A DNA stretch of 64,000 nt, taken from assembly GCA_013265495.1 (NCBI GenBank), contig MU057887.1, positions 4,243,668-4,307,667 on the forward strand. Reading direction: 5' to 3'. A model generated the notes under the pieces. The model was not told where the DNA came from. It saw nothing but the letters and a program-made list of their open reading frames with translations, and searched no databases. This document shows, in pieces, positions 59,845 to 64,000 of this stretch (the stretch's first letter is position 1; each line of letters starts with the position of its first letter). The position numbers were made by a program, and so were the translations under genes. Origin of the DNA: Vicugna vicugna. Taxonomy: Eukaryota.

Positions 59845-60994
59845 CTGCACTTAGGTTAAGAAGCAAAGATGAATAAAAAGAGAGGTAAGAAAGGTGCTGA
59901 GTTGGGGGGAGCGAGTTGTTGGTGTGATGGAACAGGCCCTCTTTCTTCTTTTTTATAAAGGGTTATTTACACTTTAAACCGAATAAATATGGCAGACAAA
60001 GGATCAGCTTCAAACACACCCAATACAAGCACCATGGAAAGGTGAGGGGTGGGAGAGGCTGGGATTGCGTCCTGGCCATTCAAGTCCGAGGGAAAACATG
60101 GGATGGAATTTTACAAGCATCACGTAGTTGGCAAACGCAACTGCGGATGCCCCAGCTCCTTACGATGGGGCCCGTGCAGGCCAGAGAGGAAACCCAGCCA
60201 CAGGAAGCAACATGACAGTTCCAGGGAGGAAAGCCTCCATAAGCCAGACAGCTGACAAGCGTTTACACACTGGAGTTTGCCTGCGTATGAAACGCTAACA
60301 ACAACACTTTCTGAAGCTGCAAGATGCCGCATGGTTTAATCATCAGAGCTGGGATGACGCAGGTGGGTGGGTGCAAAGGAGAGCCTGGCAGAAGGTGAAG
60401 GAAGATATATTTAGACTCTGCTTTGGGGGTTTGGGGCTCAGGGCATGGAGCAGGAGGCTCCAGGGCTCTTCTCCCCCATGGTTCTCGGTGGGTTCACTTG
60501 GGAAGCTTTTAAAAACCACCCCAGTTGCCAGGGAAGGTCTCATTCCAAACCTGCACACGTGACAATTCATGGAAAGAGGGTGGGGCTGGCAGTTCCTATT
60601 TTACAAAGTTGATTCATACCAGAGAATTTCTAAATATTACAGAGCCCAAGCTTTGAAATCAGAGAAGTTAGGGTTAGGGACTTGTCCAAAGCCAGAGCTG
60701 CTAAGAAGGAAGTGGTGGGGTTTGAGTTGAGGCGTTTGACTAGGTGCTATCAGCCACTCTCCTGCCTTCCTAATAATGTAAAGCAAATCCAAATGTAAGT
60801 TTCAAAATATTCAGCATCAATTACATGTGATGCCATGTGGGTCAGCTGGTGAGAAACCAGTATGAATGAATGCATTCACTCACTTATCCCTCCTCCCTGG
60901 TCCCCTGGAGCAAAGAGGTGAGCAGTGAGGGTGAGCTGACATGAGGGTGGGAAGGGCCACAGGAACAAGGAGCATTTCAAACCTTGAAGGATAC
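59845..60994 (-). other. RABL2: U12-type (minor spliceosome) GT-AG intron of RABL2
   Basis: Donor GTATCCTTC; branch site TTCTTAAC close to the AG with no intervening pyrimidine tract (ttcttaacctaagtgcag). Confidence 0.88.
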
Positions 60995-61024
60995 AATCCA
61001 TCCATGAGAAATCTCTCCATAAGT
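60995..61024 (-). CDS. RABL2: RABL2 30-nt exon (K)LMERFLMDG(F); the start and P-loop exon lie outside the window
   Basis: ccttacag|acttatggagagatttctcatggatggatt|gtatcc. Confidence 0.92.
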
Positions 61025-61299
61025 CTGTAAGGAGAACGTGCAAGGTGGTCAGGTGCATCCCCCAACGCTCCTTGTCCCTCTGCACCACCCAACAGATGAA
61101 ACTTGAAAGCCAGCTGTGGCTTCGTCCCTCCCACTCCTGTCACAGCTACACAGCTCCCTTTCAAGGACAATGCCCAAGGACCGCCACCCACCCTCTTCCT
61201 GACTCTCCTTAGGTTCCTGACACCCTTCAGCTGCAACACCGACCCAGCACCTACAGACACTTTCCCTGCAGGTAGGGGCCTCAGCTTGCTCCTTTTAGG

Positions 61300-62610
61300 G
61301 AGTAAACAAACTACGGTACCTCTATACCATGAACCACTCAGCAATCAAAAGGAACAAACTATGATATACCCAACAATTTGCATGGATCTTAAGGGTGTTA
61401 ACGCTCAGTGAAAAAGGTCACATGCTGTAGAACACCGCCAAGATGACACAATTATGGAGATGAAGCGTATGAGCGGTGACAGGGGTCAGGCATGGTAGGG
61501 GTGAAGTGGAGTGGGTGTGACTCTAAGTGGGTGGCATGACCAAGACCTCTGCAGTGATGGAACAGTTGTGTATCTTGCTTCCAGTGATGCTTATACAACC
61601 TACACGCATGACAAAATGACACAGCATCATAGACATGCATTGAACTAATGTCAGTTTCCTGACTTTGACATTGTACTGCAGTTATGTGAGGTGTAACCTT
61701 TGGGGAAACTAGGTGAAGGGCACACAGGTACTCTCTGTGCTCTCTTTTCAACTTCCTGTAAATACGTTATTTCAAAATGAGAAGAAAAAAAAAACACATA
61801 CTAGGAGAAGATATGTGCAATACCAGTTATGGACAAAGAGTTAACACACAGAAATTATGAACAGCTCTGATACATGAATAACAACCTGTGTACTAAGAAT
61901 ATGAACAGGCAATCCACGGATGAATGGCTAACAAACATATGAAAAGATGCTTAATACGTTCATTTAATGATTTCAATGTAAATTAATTATTTTAATGCGA
62001 ATTAAAATAAAATGAAGTAGCACACACACCCTTCAGATTAGCAAAATTGAAAAAGTCATATGACACCAGATGTTGGAGATTTTGTGGAGCGACAGAAACT
62101 CTTGTAGTGTCCTGGTAGGAGTGCAAATGTGATATAACTATTTTGAAGAGCAATTGGATTATCTCAGACTTTGAGTTAATCCTAAAACTTGGCAATTTCA
62201 CCCCAAATCTAACAGGATGTGTGCCCAGGATAAGAAGAACAAAAATATTCACCGCAGTATTGTGTCTAATATAAAAATGATAATTTCATAAATGTTCTTC
62301 AATAGAAGAATGGACAAATACATTTAGTACAATTTTTTTTTAATTTACTGAGTGATTGTTATTTGCCAGATACTGTGCTAAGCACCATGAGATAACACTG
62401 AACAAAACAGATGAAAATCCGTGTCTTCATTCAGTTTCCACTCTAGTGAGTGAAGATAGACAAACACGCTCTTAAAATATACACTGCCACATGTATGGTC
62501 ACTGGATTTGAAACAAGAGCATTACTGCAATTCAGCGAGGTAAAGGATTGTTTTATAAATTAATGTTGTGGAAACAACTGGATATCTGTGTAGGGAAAAA
62601 TGAACCTTGA
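61300..62610 (+). mobile_element. Cluster of old L1 3'-end, ORF2 and L2 fragments
   Basis: caacaatttgcatggatcttaaggg...tcaacttcctgtaaat; acaaacatatgaaaagatgc...; L2-like tactgtgctaagcac...gaacaaaacag. Approximate. Confidence 0.7.
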
Positions 62611-62619
62611 GGACATTAC

Positions 62620-64000
62620 ACAAAACGGTGGAGTAGGAAGTTCTAAGGATCACTCCCTTAACTGAAACAATGAGTAAACTAGAAAAAACTATCAGAATCA
62701 ACTATTTCAGGCCTCTAGAACCTGACCGCACACAACCAGGAGAGTGCTGGATGAAAGGGGAGGGCTGACCCAGTGCAGAACAACGTGCGCGCGCACCAGC
62801 ACCACCGCCTGCTCCTCAGCCCACGGCAGCTGTATGGTGCCCTGTTTCCAAGCGTCTGGCTGAGCAGCAGAGATACTGTCCTTGGAAAGTCAGGCCTGCA
62901 TGTTTTGATCAGTTGGGTAGATCCCCGAGGAACAGGCCTCAGCTCTCTCAGGCTTCAGAGGCTTCCCCTGATGGCATCTATTGGGAATTTAAAGGGATAG
63001 GAATACCTCTTTTTTTTCTTTCCCTTTTTTTGGAGCCGAACACTTAAAAAAATTGGAGGGGGGATTAGATTTTTATTTATTTATTTATAATAGAGGTACT
63101 GGGGGTTGAACCCAGGACCTTGTGCATGCAAAGCACGTGCTCTACCACTGAGCTATACCCTCCCCCCTGGAGCTGAATATTAAAGGAAACCTTTGTCAGA
63201 TCCCTGTCTGACCACAGATAATGGAACAGAAATGTCAGTGACCACACACAACAAGGAATACACGCTTTGCAAAAATAGTTAGAAAGAGTTACAAATGGAC
63301 ACTCCAGCACTGGACAAGCTGAAATTAGCCACCCTGGAGGAGTGGGAATGTCTGAATTCCAAAGTGATCACGTTAAAATACTCAGAATTCTAATTCTCAA
63401 CCAGAAAATTACAAGGCATACGAAGAAACAGGAAGGTATAGCCCATTCACGTGATAAAAAGAAGCTGACAGAAACAATCAATGAAGAAACCCAGATCTTG
63501 GAATTACTAGTCACAGACGTCAAATTAATTATCTTAAATATGCTCAAAAAGCTAAAGGAAATCATGGACAAAGACCTAAAGGAATTCAGAAAACAATATG
63601 TAAACAGAATGAGAGTGTTAATAAAAGATAGAAATTATGAAAAGAAACCAAACAGATATTCTAGAGCTGAAAAGTACAATACTTTAAATAAAAAACTCAC
63701 TAGAGAGTCAACAAAATATTTGAGCAGGAAGAGGAAAGGATCAGCAAACTTGAAGGCAGCAGAAATTATCCGGTCTGAGAAGGAGAGAAAAATGAGTAAG
63801 AATGACCAGTGCCTAAGGAGCCTGTGAGACAACATAAATCTCATCAGACATCACTGAGATCAGAAGGCAGTGGAATGACATATATAAAGACCTGGAAATA
63901 AAACCTGTCAACAAAGAATTCTATGTTCAGCAAACTATCCTTCAAGAATGAAGGAGAAAGTAAGACATTCCCAGATACGCACAAGCTGATGTAGACCTAC
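62620..64000 (+). mobile_element. L1 5'UTR/ORF1 remnant (L1M), continues beyond the window
   Basis: ORF 63342-63827 (QKITRHTKKQE...ETQILELL..NMLKKLKE); ends with ORF1-like aagaattctatgttcagcaaaactatccttcaagaatgaagg. Confidence 0.8.
63055..63167 (-). mobile_element. tRNA-derived SINE (Vic-1-like)
   Basis: gaggtactgggggttgaacccaggaccttgtgcatgcaaagcacgtgctctaccactgagctataccctccccc; flanks tggagccgaacac / tggagctgaatat. Confidence 0.9.

Noticed and set aside
51453..63167. tRNA-like sequences as tRNA genes
   Set aside because: They have A-rich tails and TSDs and lack a complete acceptor stem, so they are SINEs.
63342..63827. 161-aa ORF
   Set aside because: Decayed L1 ORF1 fragment.

Overview
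Mammalian genomic DNA, most likely camelid, judged from tRNA-derived SINEs resembling the Vic-1 family. It carries the conserved SHANK3-ACR-RABL2 block. 1-26.3 kb: 3' half of SHANK3 (+), including an alternative in-frame N-terminus, a 24-nt microexon, the 2.26-kb proline-rich exon, a 28-nt frame-shifting microexon, the SAM-domain exon and the 3'UTR. 28.9-30.8 kb: a decayed 30-bp tandem repeat array. 31.4-34.9 kb: intact 5-exon acrosin gene (408 aa). 36-55 kb: AT-rich, L1-dense interval holding a tailless tRNA-Cys 5'-half insertion, a PGM2L1 retrocopy (-), two solo LTRs, an RFK retrocopy (+) and SINEs. 56-61 kb: seven 3' coding exons of RABL2 (-), with one U12-type intron. The top finding is that the PGM2L1 retrocopy lacks the normal first coding exon and instead begins with a MER21-like LTR segment joined at what appears to be a splice junction, which would record an LTR-promoted chimeric transcript. 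All family assignments come from recalled sequences, not database searches.
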